A DNA stretch of 64,000 bases, taken from the NCBI GenBank assembly GCA_965223905.1, contig CBDCXV010000002.1, positions 448,001-512,000 of the forward strand. Reading direction: 5' to 3'. Below the pieces are notes generated by a model. That model saw only the letters and a program-made list of their open reading frames with translations. It was not told the DNA's origin and made no database searches. This document shows positions 42,346 to 52,591 of the stretch, piece by piece. Within the stretch, counting starts at the first letter, position 1; each line of letters begins with the position of its first letter. Both the position numbers and the translations under genes were made by a program. Source of the stretch: Candidatus Latescibacterota bacterium. Its GTDB lineage: Bacteria > Latescibacterota > UBA2968 > UBA8231.

Positions 42346-43053
42346 TTAAAAATCTCCTATTATTTCTTTCAGTGAATTCAATACGAACCTCTGGCGTTCC
42401 GGCCATCTACTAATTGCCTCTCGCTGGGCTTCGGCATCAAGTGGACCTTGATGATGAATGTTAATATCGGCGCCTAATACAACAAGTTTGTTTTCTATAA
42501 CCTCACTTACTTTATTTTCCCCAACGTCTCTTCTCCGGGTTACATATACAGCTGGTTCTAATGTCATATTGCATACTACAGCCTCGCCTGCACTTAAAAT
42601 GAATTTTGGGACCACAGAAATCAAGGGGAGGTCTGAAAGATGGGGAGCAAACTGAGAAATAATCCATTGATTAGAGTCTTTCCCCTGGAAATCGAAGTAT
42701 ATTATACAATTTAGTCCGAGCTCCTTATAAGGGGCATGGGGAAATCTTGCAAGGTATGCATCGGCAAGGTCATGGACAAGATAACTGTCCATGACTTCCT
42801 CAGGTTTGTCAACAAACTCCTGTATAATATTGAGCCTGTTCTTATTCATCCTCCATCGAGTTCCATTATCGTAAATATAACCAGCCGCCTCTAATCCAGA
42901 TTCTCCACCAGCTACTTTCCAGTCTTCAGGGACTATCCCATTTTCTGCCAATAAATTTGGCGTAAAGGTTGCCGGACTGAAGCTTTCAGAAACAATGACA
43001 ACACTTGTCGAAATAAGGCTGTATCGAGGGTGTTTTTGTGCAGCATCCTTCAT
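42346..43053 (-). CDS. Hypothetical protein, TIGR04255-like
   Basis: N-terminal SVVIVSESFSPATFTPNLL, LGLN, DINIHH patterns; RBS AGGA. Confidence 0.55.
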   Translation of the reverse strand: MKDAAQKHPRYSLISTSVVIVSESFSPATFTPNLLAENGIVPEDWKVAGGESGLEAAGYIYDNGTRWRMNKNRLNIIQEFVDKPEEVMDSYLVHDLADAYLARFPHAPYKELGLNCIIYFDFQGKDSNQWIISQFAPHLSDLPLISVVPKFILSAGEAVVCNMTLEPAVYVTRRRDVGENKVSEVIENKLVVLGADINIHHQGPLDAEAQREAISRWPERQRFVLNSLKEIIGDF

Positions 43054-43124
43054 ATCATCGTCCTATTTCAATGAGGTTCTTCATCCGATGGGTACGGGCT
43101 GACGAGGATTAGCTCCGGGATGTC

Positions 43125-43514
43125 ACCACGACCTCGTAAGCGCTCTGAATCTCCTGAAACTTTTCCTCCGCCAGCTTGATGATTCCAGGGGGAATCTCCT
43201 CGCCAGTCAGCCTGCGGGTGATATTCCTGACATAGTTCCCGGTATTTCCGTTTCAGTTCCTCGTCCTCCGGCGAGCATCCCAGCGTCTCGTAGGACCCCG
43301 CCAGCACCTGTTCCTCGAACTCCCTCCCAAGCTCCTCGTCCGTTACCGCTTCGCCCTCGGAGCTGACTAACAGGTGTCTGTTGACCAGCCTGGTCAACTC
43401 CAACAGGGTCACCTGATCCTGGCCGCTGAAGATCCTCCTCAGATTTTCGTCCGCTTTTGATCCTTCCCGGGTTTCTCGCGTCCTGTAAATCGTTATCCCC
43501 GATGTATTCTCCAC
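43125..43514 (-). pseudogene. DjlA/TerB-like J-domain protein remnant
   Basis: YETLGCSP...LKRKYRELCQEYHP then, in shifted frame, IIKLAEEKFQEIQSAYEVV. Confidence 0.65.
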
Positions 43515-44304
43515 AGTGCTTCAACTACCTGTGCTCGGGACACCGGCGCGCAGCCAACGATAACAGCTCTCCCAAGGGGGGTAGCCTATTCGGAACCTGG
43601 ATTCCAAGTAAGCAGAGAGGCCGCCTGTTCAGTCATTGTGCTCATCACCTCCGCCTCTTTGCGAGTCGGTGATCGCCCACGAATGATGCTCCATCCGAGG
43701 CATCGCTTCTGACACCGTTCAGGTAGAATACCCGGCGCTCGCGCCACAGTCAAGAACCTATTTGCCCACCTCCTTGGAGGCCCCCGATCCCCAGGTCAAC
43801 CCGGAATGCTGAGGAGTAAGCGGATTGGAACTCAGGATTTCTGCCCGCTCTCAACTCCTATATAGAGTATACGATCTGAGTGTCGGAATTGGGGTTTTTC
43901 CGAACGCCGTAACGTGTTATTTCACAACAGGTTACTTAGAGCCTTCCGCCGGGGATGAAGCCGTTCTGCATGTCGGACAACGATCACAGCTCCGGCCATC
44001 CTGTTTCCCCTCCGTATCAACATGAGCTTGCTGGACCGGAGTCCTTCCTCGGCCCCTGGGCCTGAGAGCGGCCATCATGAGACCGGGAGGGATCACCTTG
44101 TACCGGAACCTACGCCCCTTCTTCATCGGCCTGATCGCGATACTGCACGGGTGAATCGGCAATCGACTTTAAAAAAGGAGATAATTTCTCCATGGAACAG
44201 GAATCGGAAGTGATTGAGACGATCAAAGCAGAAAACTCCGGCCTTTCACTAAAATCTCGCTTGCGTAGTTATCGATATTAATCCCTTTTCGATCGGGCTG
44301 CATC

Positions 44305-44438
44305 TCAGGAAAGTCGGCCTCGTCGTCTATGGGGACGGACGCGGTCAGGACGGTTGGGGCTTCAACCTCCACATCACGAGGTTGAGATCACCGGCGCCGG
44401 ACCCGGGGCGAAACTCCGGACCCGCACCCGGCGATCAG
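44305..44438 (-). pseudogene. RES toxin 3' remnant (diverged repeat of about 52080-52225)
   Basis: CGGTCAGGACGGTTGGGGCT...CCACATCACGAGGTTGAGATCA...GGCGAAACTCCGGACCCGCA shared; encodes RVRSFAPG...DLNLVMW. Confidence 0.8.
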
Positions 44439-44465
44439 ACCGACCACAACCCGCCCGGGCTCCGG

Positions 44466-47400
44466 TCAACCGCCTGGAACCGGGACCCCTCCCCCCGCCG
44501 TCTCCGCCCCCCCGCCCGCCGCGGAGAAGTGACGGCCGAAAAACCGCCCCATGTCGTCGGTCAGCGAGTACATCACCGGCACGAGGACCAGGGTCAGGAA
44601 GGTGGCGAAGAGGATGCCGACGATCACGGCGATCGCCATCGGGCCCCACCACGCGGCCTGCTCGCCCCCCCAGTACAGGTCCGGATCGAGACTCCCGTAG
44701 AGGCCGAAGAAGTCGAAGTTGAGCCCGATGGCCAGCGGCACCAGGCCGAGGGCGGTGGTGACCGCGGTCAGGATCACCGGCCGCAGGCGCGTGCGCCCGG
44801 CCCGGATGAGGGCGGCCTGGCGCTCGAGACCGTCGCGCCGGCGCAGCAGGTCGATGTAATGGACGAGGACGATGGCGTTGTTGACCACGATCCCGGCCAG
44901 GGAGATGACGCCGACGCCGGTCATGATGATCCCGAAGGGCATGCGGAACACCATGAGCCCGAACAGGACCCCGGCGGTGGACATGATCACCGAGGTGAGG
45001 ATGATGAGGGGCTTGATCACCGAGTTGAACTGGGTCACGAGGATGAAGGCGATCAGGCCCAGGGCGGCCAGGAAGGCGGTGGTCAGGAACTGCATGGCCT
45101 CGGCCTGGTCCTCCTGCTGGCCGGTGTAGCGCACCGTGTAGCCGGGCGGCAGTTCGTTCTCGACGAAAGGTTCCAGGCTCTGCTGCACCTCGGCGAGAAC
45201 GGCGTTCTTGTTGAGGCCGGCGCGCACGTCGGAGCTGATCGTCGCCATGCGGTCCATGTCCTTGCGGCGGATCGAGCCGAGCCCCTCCCCCACCGTCCAG
45301 CGGGCCACGGACACCAGCGGGATGGGCTCGCCCGGACCGTTCTCAACGACCAGGTCGCGCAGCGACTCCAGGTCCTTCCGCCAGGGCTCGGCGAGGCGGA
45401 CGACGATGTCGTACTCGTCGTTGCCGGTGCGGTACTGGCTCGCCTCCGTGCCCTGCACGGCGGTGCGCACCACGCCGGCCACGTCCGCCGTCGACAGCCC
45501 GAACAGGGCGGCCCTCTCGCGGTCGACGTGCACTGCCAGCTCCGGGCGGGCTTCGTCGAGGTCGCTCTCCAGGCCGCTGAGCCGTTCCCCGACCGGGGCG
45601 TTCCTCAGGATCTGCAGCATGCGATCGGACAGGTCCTTGAGCACCCCGGGATCCTTGCCGGCGATCTCGATGTTCACGGGCGCTCCCGCGGGCGGCCCGT
45701 CCACCGGCTTGTCCACCGAGATCTCGGCGCCGGCGATCTCGCGCCCCACCCTTTCCTGCATGTGCGCCAGGGTCAGGAAGCTGTCGAACCGGCGCTCCTG
45801 GTAGTCGATGAAGTTCACCATCAGGCGCGCGTCGTTGGCTCCCTGGGTGCCGCCCATCAGCGGGCTGCCCCCGGCGCCGACGGTGGTCACCGCGGATTCG
45901 GCGTCTTCGTAGCCCTCGACGCCGCGCACCTGCAGCTCCAGCTCGCCGGCGATGCTGTCGAGGAACTCGACGCGCGTGCCTACCGGCGCCTCGACGTCGA
46001 CCCAGACCTGCCGCGGCGGGATGTCCTCGGGGAAGAACACGATGCCGCTGTTGAACAGGGAGAAGGCCACTGCCATGGCCGCCAGCACGGAGAAGGATGC
46101 GGCCACGACGGTGAGACGATGGCCGAGGGCCCAGCCGAGGACGCCCTCGTAGCGGTCGACCAGCCAGGGAAGGCCCGTGCTCTGAAAGCGGCTGGCCAGG
46201 GGACCGAGGATCCACCGGTGGGACAGCGTGGCCGCCAGGGCGGTGGCGATCAGCAGGGCCAGGGTCAAGGCGTTGACCGCGGCCAGCAACGCGGCCCCCA
46301 GAAGGGCCAGGGCGATCAGCACCAGGCGACCCGTCCGCGGCAGCCGGGGCCGGCGTTCCCCCTCCAGGCGCAGCCACCGGCTGCACAGCACGGGGACGAT
46401 CACGAGGGCGACGAACAGGGAGCTGGACAGGGTCACGATCAGGGTCGTGGGCAGGTACTTCATGAACTCGCCGACGGTGCCCGACCAGAACAGCAGCGGA
46501 CCGAAGGCGGCCAGGGTCGTCAGCGTCGAGGCGATGACGGGCAGGGCCACCTCCCCGGTGGCCTTGCGCGCGGCCGCGGCCCGCTCCCAGCCCTCCTCGA
46601 CGTAGCGGTAGGTGTTCTCGACGATGACGATGGCGTTGTCGACCAGCATGCCGAGGGAGAGGATCAGCGAGAACAGGACCACCATGTTCATGGTCACGCC
46701 GAGCAGCCCGAGGAGGAGAAAGGAGAGCAGCATCGACGTCGGGATGGCGACGCCGACGAAGACCGAGGTGCGCACGCCGAGGAAGAACAGGAGCACACCG
46801 ACAATCAGCAGCAGGCCGGAGAGGATGTTGTTCTCCAGGCTGTTGACCATCATGCGGATGTCGCGGGACATGTCCGAGGTCGTCTTCACCACCGTGGCGG
46901 GCGGGAAGTCCGCCTCCATCCGGGCGATCTCCGCGTGCACGGCGTCGGCCGTCTCGATGATGTTCTTACCCGTTCGCTTGATCACGTCGAGGGTCACCAC
47001 CGGCCGGCCGTCGAGACGGGCGTAGCTTTGGCGCTCGGCGAACCCGAAATCGACCTCGGCGACGTCGCGCACGTACACCGGGCGGCCCCCGGGGGCGTCC
47101 ACGACGAGGTCGCCGATCGACAGGGGGTCGTCGATCTCGCCGTCGACGCGGACCAGGAACTTCCGCTCGCCGACGTCGATCGAGCCGCCGGGGATGTTGA
47201 CGTTCTCGTTGCGCACGGTCTCGACCACGTCCTTCAGGGTCAGGCCGTAGTAGAGCAGCCGCGGCAGGGAGACGTCGACCTGCACCTCGCGCTCGCGGCC
47301 TCCGCGCAGGTCGACGCGCAGCACCGACGGGATCTGCTCGAGGCGGTCCTGCAGCTCCTCGCCCACCTGCTTGAGGCGGACCAGCCCGTACTCCCCGGAC

Positions 47401-47882
47401 AGGTTGACCTGCAGGATCGGCAACTCCTGGAAGTCGAACTCGAAGATCCGGGGCTCCTCGGCGTCGGCGGGGAGCTCGGCCTTGGCCAGGTCGACCTTCT
47501 CGCGCACCTGCCGCAGGGCATCGTTCAGGTCGACCTCGGTGCTGAACTCCGCCACCACGCTGGAGTAGCCCTCGACCGAGGTCGAGGTCAGCTCCTTCAG
47601 GTCGGGGATGGTCTTCAGATCCTGCTCCATCACCCGCGTCACCAGCGATTCCATGTCCTTCGGCGACACCCCCGGGTAGAAGGTGTTGACGGCGATCACG
47701 GGGATCTCGATCTCGGGGAAAGCCTCCTTGGGGACGCCGCGGTAGGCCAGGGTGCCGGCCAGGGCGATGATGGCGAACAGCATGAGCACGCTGGTGCCGT
47801 GACGCACCGCCCACGAGGTGACGGGCAGTTCGTTGAAGGCGTCGCCGCCGCCGGGACGATCGGTCGTTTTCGGTCCGTTCAC
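44466..47882 (-). CDS. RND efflux permease (AcrB/AcrD/AcrF family)
   Basis: 1138 aa; GMLVDNAIVIVEN, GIVVNNAIVL, RLRPVILT. Confidence 0.95.
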   Translation of the reverse strand: MNGPKTTDRPGGGDAFNELPVTSWAVRHGTSVLMLFAIIALAGTLAYRGVPKEAFPEIEIPVIAVNTFYPGVSPKDMESLVTRVMEQDLKTIPDLKELTSTSVEGYSSVVAEFSTEVDLNDALRQVREKVDLAKAELPADAEEPRIFEFDFQELPILQVNLSGEYGLVRLKQVGEELQDRLEQIPSVLRVDLRGGREREVQVDVSLPRLLYYGLTLKDVVETVRNENVNIPGGSIDVGERKFLVRVDGEIDDPLSIGDLVVDAPGGRPVYVRDVAEVDFGFAERQSYARLDGRPVVTLDVIKRTGKNIIETADAVHAEIARMEADFPPATVVKTTSDMSRDIRMMVNSLENNILSGLLLIVGVLLFFLGVRTSVFVGVAIPTSMLLSFLLLGLLGVTMNMVVLFSLILSLGMLVDNAIVIVENTYRYVEEGWERAAAARKATGEVALPVIASTLTTLAAFGPLLFWSGTVGEFMKYLPTTLIVTLSSSLFVALVIVPVLCSRWLRLEGERRPRLPRTGRLVLIALALLGAALLAAVNALTLALLIATALAATLSHRWILGPLASRFQSTGLPWLVDRYEGVLGWALGHRLTVVAASFSVLAAMAVAFSLFNSGIVFFPEDIPPRQVWVDVEAPVGTRVEFLDSIAGELELQVRGVEGYEDAESAVTTVGAGGSPLMGGTQGANDARLMVNFIDYQERRFDSFLTLAHMQERVGREIAGAEISVDKPVDGPPAGAPVNIEIAGKDPGVLKDLSDRMLQILRNAPVGERLSGLESDLDEARPELAVHVDRERAALFGLSTADVAGVVRTAVQGTEASQYRTGNDEYDIVVRLAEPWRKDLESLRDLVVENGPGEPIPLVSVARWTVGEGLGSIRRKDMDRMATISSDVRAGLNKNAVLAEVQQSLEPFVENELPPGYTVRYTGQQEDQAEAMQFLTTAFLAALGLIAFILVTQFNSVIKPLIILTSVIMSTAGVLFGLMVFRMPFGIIMTGVGVISLAGIVVNNAIVLVHYIDLLRRRDGLERQAALIRAGRTRLRPVILTAVTTALGLVPLAIGLNFDFFGLYGSLDPDLYWGGEQAAWWGPMAIAVIVGILFATFLTLVLVPVMYSLTDDMGRFFGRHFSAAGGGAETAGGGVPVPGG

Positions 47883-48991
47883 AGGCCGCGGCGGGGTACG
47901 ATGCGCAGGCGGTCGCCGTCCGCCACCTGCTCCTGGCCGACGACGATCAGGCGCTCCGCGGGCGACAGGCCGGAGGTGGCCACCACCTCGTCGCCGCCGG
48001 AGGCGCCGAGGGTGACGGGACGCGCCCGGGCGACGGGGCCGTCCACCCCGTCGGCGGCGACGAAGGCGGCGAAGCCCTCCTCGGTGCGCACCAGGGCCTG
48101 GTTCGGCACCACGATGGCCCCCGGGTGGACTTCGAGCACGAGCGTCACCTCGGCGACCATGGCCGGTTTGGCCCCGGCCACCGGACGTTCGAGGTCGAGC
48201 TCGACGGGGAAGGTGCGCTGGCCGCCGTCGACCGCGGCTCCCACGTAGGTCACGGTGGCATCGCAGGTGTCTTCGAGGGCGTCAAAGGCGACGACCGCCT
48301 TGTCTCCGGGGGTCACTTTCGCGGCGTAGCGCTCGGGAACGCCGGCGGTCACCTTCAGCGGCTCCAGGTCGAGGATGCGGGCCACTGGCTGGCCCGGGGA
48401 GACGACCGAGCCGACCTCGACGAGGCGGCGGTCGAGCACGCCGTCGAAGGGGGCGCGCACGACGGCGCGGCGCAGCCGCGCTTCGATCAGATCCAGCCGG
48501 GCCCGGGACTGATCGGCGACGTACCGGGCTTCGACGTACTCCTCTTCGGTGCCGATGCCGTCCTCTTCGTAGAGCCGCTTCCGGCGCCCCCACTGGTCCT
48601 CGTCCAGCGCCGCCCGGGCCTCGGCCTCGTCGCGCTGGGCGCGCAGCAGGTCGTCGTCCAGCCGCACCAGGGCCTGTCCGCGGCGCACCTTCTCTCCCTT
48701 GTCGGCCAGCACCGCGGCCACCGTGCCGCCCTCCTCGGCGGCCACCATCACCTCGCGGTCGGCGCGCACCGTGCCGGTCAGGCGGATCGCGTCGGTGAAG
48801 GGCCGCGGGGCCAGGGTCTCGACTTCGACGTTGACGACGCGGCGGTTGGCGTTCGCGGTCGCCTCCAAGGCAGCGGCCTCGTCGGCGGTCCCGGGCCCGT
48901 CTCCGCAGCCGCCGAGGGCGAGCAGGGCTCCGCCGGCCGCCGGCAGAAGGGCGCCAAGGACGCGGCGCCCCGATGGCAGTTGATTCCTCAC
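47879..48991 (-). CDS. RND periplasmic adaptor (MFP) lipoprotein
   Basis: Lipobox LGGC, VRAPFDG, RTFPVE, VPNQAL. Confidence 0.93.
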   Translation of the reverse strand: MRNQLPSGRRVLGALLPAAGGALLALGGCGDGPGTADEAAALEATANANRRVVNVEVETLAPRPFTDAIRLTGTVRADREVMVAAEEGGTVAAVLADKGEKVRRGQALVRLDDDLLRAQRDEAEARAALDEDQWGRRKRLYEEDGIGTEEEYVEARYVADQSRARLDLIEARLRRAVVRAPFDGVLDRRLVEVGSVVSPGQPVARILDLEPLKVTAGVPERYAAKVTPGDKAVVAFDALEDTCDATVTYVGAAVDGGQRTFPVELDLERPVAGAKPAMVAEVTLVLEVHPGAIVVPNQALVRTEEGFAAFVAADGVDGPVARARPVTLGASGGDEVVATSGLSPAERLIVVGQEQVADGDRLRIVPRRGL

Positions 48992-51063
48992 TCCGTCTCC
49001 TTCCGATCGGTTGCGGCCTCGCCGTCCACCGGGGGCACGCGCCCGACGGCGAGGTCGAGCCGGGCCCGGCCGGCGAGCCGGTCGTGGGCGGCCCGGGCCA
49101 TGTTGAACTCGCTCTGGCGCAGGGCGACCTCGGCGTCGGTCACCTCGAGCTGGCTGCCGAGACCCTCGCGGTAGCGGGCGCTGGCGATCTCGAACCCCCG
49201 CCGGGCCTGCGATACAGCGAGACGCTGGCCCTTCTCGCGCTGGGCGGCTTCGGCAAGCGCCGCCTCCAGGTCCTGGACCTGGACCGCGGCCTCGTCCCGG
49301 GCCATCTGCGCCCGGAGCTGCGCCTGGCGCAGGGCGGCCCGCCTCTGGTCGACGCGGGCGTCCCGCTGCAGGCCGGAGAACAGGGGCAGCTCCAGGGACA
49401 CGCCGGCGATCTTGCTAATGGCGCGATTGTCGGCGCTGCCGAAGAAGTCGAGCCTTCCGTTCTGCTGCGCCTGCACGTCCCAGGTGGCGAACAGGGAGAC
49501 CGTGGGCAGGTACTCCACCTGCTCGAGCCGCACCTGTTCCCGGCTCAGCTCGGCGGTCTGTTCGAACTGGCGCACGTCGGAGCGGTGAGCCAGCGCCGTC
49601 TGCACGAGATCCCCTGCAGGAAGCCCCGGACCGGACTCCGCGGCGGTGAGGGTTGCGCTCCCGGACAGCCGCAGTCGGCCGGGGTCGTCGAGGACCAGCT
49701 CCAGGCCCAGCCGTCGTCGCGCCGAGGCCCCGGCGTTGCGGGCGAGCAGCAGCTGCGGCTCGAGGTTGGCCAGCTCGACCTCGAGACGCAGCACGTCGTA
49801 ATCGGAAGCCAGGCCGGCCCGCGCCCGGCCGCGCGTCTCCTCGAGGGCCTTCCGCAGGCGCTCCAGGGACCGCTCGGTCAGGCGCACCTCCTCGCCGCGC
49901 AGCAGCAGCTCGTAGCACAGGAGGCGCACCCGCGTCGCCACCTGCTGGGAGCGGCCGCGGACCATCTCCTGCCGCAGCCGCCGGAAGTTGCCGGCGGCGC
50001 CGAGGCCGACAAGGCCTCTCGGGTCGAACAGGGGCTGCCGCAGGGTGAGGGCGCTCTGCCAGCTGTTGTCGGCCCCGAACTCCAGGGACAGGAACTCCCC
50101 CGGCCGGGCCGCGGGATTGAAGATCCTCGCCGGCATGAAGAAGACGGGCGGCGAGATGTTGCGGACGTAGCTGGCGGAGAAGTCGAGGCGCGGAAAGATC
50201 TCCCCCCGGGCCTCCGAAACCTGCTCCTCGGCCTCGGTCAGGAGCAGCCGCGCCTCGGCCAGCTCGCGGCTGCGGTCCAGGGCGAGGTCGACCACCTCGT
50301 CGATGCTCAGGAGCAGCTCCGCGCCCGGCGGTGCCGTGTCCGCGTCGGCGGTCGCCCCGCCCCAGGCCAGCAGGATCCAGGCCAGCCCGGTCGCCAAACC
50401 AGTGCGCAGGCGACCCCTGCCACCGGATGCGGCCGCCGCCTCTGCCCGGGAGAGGTCCTCGATAGCGCGGTCCATCTCGGCCTCGTAGCCGGGGGTGGCC
50501 ATGCCGGTGATGGTCCGCCGGCTCGAGGCTCCGTAGTGGCGGCGGAACTCCCCGGGGTCCATGTGCAGGCAGCCGCGCAGGTAGATGGAGATCAGGCCGT
50601 GGGCGTGGGCCCACAGGGTGACGGACACGTCGTCGGGATCGAGGGGCTGGAAGAGGCCGGCGTCGATGCACTCGCGCACGCGGTCGTTGAAGAAGCGCCC
50701 GACGCTGGCGACCTGCTCCGTCACCTGCTCGGGGAACTCCTCCGCCCCGAGGGTGTGGGAGGGGGTGTAGAGCATCTCGTAGTACTTCGGCTGATCGAGG
50801 GCGAAGTCGAGATAGGCCTGCCCCGCCAGGTACAGCCGCTGTGCTGGGGTACGCCCGGAGAGGGCTCCGTAGAGCCGCTCGCTCAGCCGCCGGTAGGCTT
50901 CGGCGACGACGTCGAGGAGCATCTCCTCGCGGCTGTGGTAGTGGCGGTAGAGGGCCGGCGCCGTAACCCCGAGATCGCGGGCCAGCCGGCGCATGGACAC
51001 GGCTTCGGCGCCGCCCTCGAGGTAGAGCTCGCAGGCTCTCGTGAGAATATCGGTGCGGTCCAT
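48988..51063 (-). CDS. In-frame fusion: TetR-family regulator + TolC-family outer-membrane protein
   Basis: N-term SMRRLARDLGVTAPALYRHY HTH; internal signal-like segment; TolC repeats (FPRLDFSASY, YLPTVSL, LELPLFSG, RYREGLGSQLEV). Confidence 0.85.
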   Translation of the reverse strand: MDRTDILTRACELYLEGGAEAVSMRRLARDLGVTAPALYRHYHSREEMLLDVVAEAYRRLSERLYGALSGRTPAQRLYLAGQAYLDFALDQPKYYEMLYTPSHTLGAEEFPEQVTEQVASVGRFFNDRVRECIDAGLFQPLDPDDVSVTLWAHAHGLISIYLRGCLHMDPGEFRRHYGASSRRTITGMATPGYEAEMDRAIEDLSRAEAAAASGGRGRLRTGLATGLAWILLAWGGATADADTAPPGAELLLSIDEVVDLALDRSRELAEARLLLTEAEEQVSEARGEIFPRLDFSASYVRNISPPVFFMPARIFNPAARPGEFLSLEFGADNSWQSALTLRQPLFDPRGLVGLGAAGNFRRLRQEMVRGRSQQVATRVRLLCYELLLRGEEVRLTERSLERLRKALEETRGRARAGLASDYDVLRLEVELANLEPQLLLARNAGASARRRLGLELVLDDPGRLRLSGSATLTAAESGPGLPAGDLVQTALAHRSDVRQFEQTAELSREQVRLEQVEYLPTVSLFATWDVQAQQNGRLDFFGSADNRAISKIAGVSLELPLFSGLQRDARVDQRRAALRQAQLRAQMARDEAAVQVQDLEAALAEAAQREKGQRLAVSQARRGFEIASARYREGLGSQLEVTDAEVALRQSEFNMARAAHDRLAGRARLDLAVGRVPPVDGEAATDRKETE

Positions 51064-51065
51064 GA

Positions 51066-51100
51066 GTTAACGATGTTAACCGATGTTCCCGGTTTGTCAA
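51066..51100 (-). promoter_or_regulatory. Sigma-70 promoter overlapped by palindromic TetR operator candidate
   Basis: Minus strand TTGACA-16 bp-TAACAT, 9 bp before ATG (near-leaderless); GTTAAC-GAT-GTTAAC at 51066-51080. Confidence 0.65.
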
Positions 51101-51455
51101 CAGGGACGGGGGAACATTCGGTGAACCATGTTATGGGACGGCCCGGAAGGGGGGGCTCCGCTTCAGGAGCAAGCGGCGGTGGGGAAACGGTATTCCAGGT
51201 TGCGGGGCGGGCGCTCTGAACTACGGGGGCTGAATTGAACTATGCCCGAATTGCCTGGCTCCGTGCGGTTTGGAGCCTCGTGCTCGTCTAGTCGCGGGGG
51301 CCGGCTCCAAAGTGGGACATGCAGATTGGACCGGCCCTCTCCGGGCTGATGTTTGCGTCAGTCGTTACGTGATCTGAACAGGACGTGAACGGCGAAAGCG
51401 CGTTGGTCTATAGTGGCTGTACTGCGAAACCCGGTTATAGCCTTTTCCAATCGAG

Positions 51456-51776
51456 TCATCGGGATTCAGGATACTTGCCGGCGAACAGCTCTTCCCATTC
51501 GGATTTTTCCACGTACGAGATTCCGGGGACGCCGGGTACTCCCATCTCTGCCACCTCCTGCCAGACGCGAGCGGATAGGCCAAGAGTCCAACCGGGATCC
51601 AGGTTTTTCTGGTCGCCGTCGAATACGACGTAAATCTTCAGGTATTCGTCACCGTCGTGGTCGATTTCGGGTTCAACGATGATCGGATCGAACACGAACT
51701 CGTCCCGAAATCGCTCCGTCAGCAAGTCCTTGACCATGCCGGCAACTTTATCGGGAATGTCGGCGTCGATTGTCAT
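51456..51776 (-). CDS. Small acidic protein, possible MNT-like antitoxin; downstream partner truncated
   Basis: 106 aa, DHDGDEYLKIYVVFD; RBS AGGAG. Confidence 0.5.
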   Translation of the reverse strand: MTIDADIPDKVAGMVKDLLTERFRDEFVFDPIIVEPEIDHDGDEYLKIYVVFDGDQKNLDPGWTLGLSARVWQEVAEMGVPGVPGISYVEKSEWEELFAGKYPESR

Positions 51777-52066
51777 CGTAACGTCTCCTCGCTCGCCCAC
51801 GAGGGCAACCACAGGCAGGTCAGGCTCGGGGGCATGGGATTGACGGGTCGGGCCAAGCCCATGGCCCAAATACCCTGTTGATGCAACTAACTATTCGGAT
51901 AATACTCCCGCAAGTGGCGCGACGCTGTCCCAGATGGGTGGTATTCATCTCCAGAGGTAACACACCTCGTCCGGCATGGCTTCGTTCAGTGGGGCACATG
52001 GAGATCCGATATTGCCGGGCGTGGATCGCCTCTCTGCGCCGGCCGGTCGGCACGACTCCTTGTCAA

Positions 52067-52576
52067 TCAGGCTGGGTCTCCTGAGAGCCGACCTTCGTCG
52101 TCGATATGGACGACTCGGTCAGGACGGTTGGGGCTCCACTTCCACATCACGAGGTTGAGATCATTGGCGCCAGACCCGGCGGCGAAACTCCGGACCCGCA
52201 TGCCGGCATAACCTGCGGCGATCAGGCGGTCGGCCAGCGCCTGCGAGGCAGGGACCGACCCGGCCAGCATCTGCGCTTCCCAAGTGGGGCATGCGAGATC
52301 GGAATCGTCAACGCCCAAGGACCGGCACTGCTCTTCGTCCAGCGCATCGAAGACGGGCTCCGCATCGACCTCATAGGCGCAAAGGGTGATCGGCTGCAAT
52401 GTCCGGCCCAGCGGCTGCGCTTCGCGTACGGCAGTCAACAGCGCCAGCGAGGTATAGAGCGCGGGAATTCCACGCCGATTGAAGCGGCCGCCGTACCGGC
52501 GCGCGCCCTCGCCCGACAACGGCGTCCAGGACCACTGGGGATTGTGCGCCCGGTAAACCATCCCCCGGAATCGCAT
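52067..52576 (-). CDS. RES-domain toxin
   Basis: VYRAH, GGRFNRRG.PALYTS, AVREA, VRSFA, NLVMW. Confidence 0.92.
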   Translation of the reverse strand: MRFRGMVYRAHNPQWSWTPLSGEGARRYGGRFNRRGIPALYTSLALLTAVREAQPLGRTLQPITLCAYEVDAEPVFDALDEEQCRSLGVDDSDLACPTWEAQMLAGSVPASQALADRLIAAGYAGMRVRSFAAGSGANDLNLVMWKWSPNRPDRVVHIDDEGRLSGDPA

Positions 52577-52591
52577 CAGGACAGCAGGGAC

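Noticed and set aside
43520-44300. Possible ncRNA or tRNA in long intergenic stretch
   Set aside because: No recognisable cloverleaf, riboswitch or conserved motif by eye; an Infernal/Rfam scan would be needed
44382-51219. Very long plus-strand ORFs (1288 aa, 748 aa)
   Set aside because: Antisense shadows of the GC-rich RND operon with no motifs; same applies to most overlapping ORFs in the track
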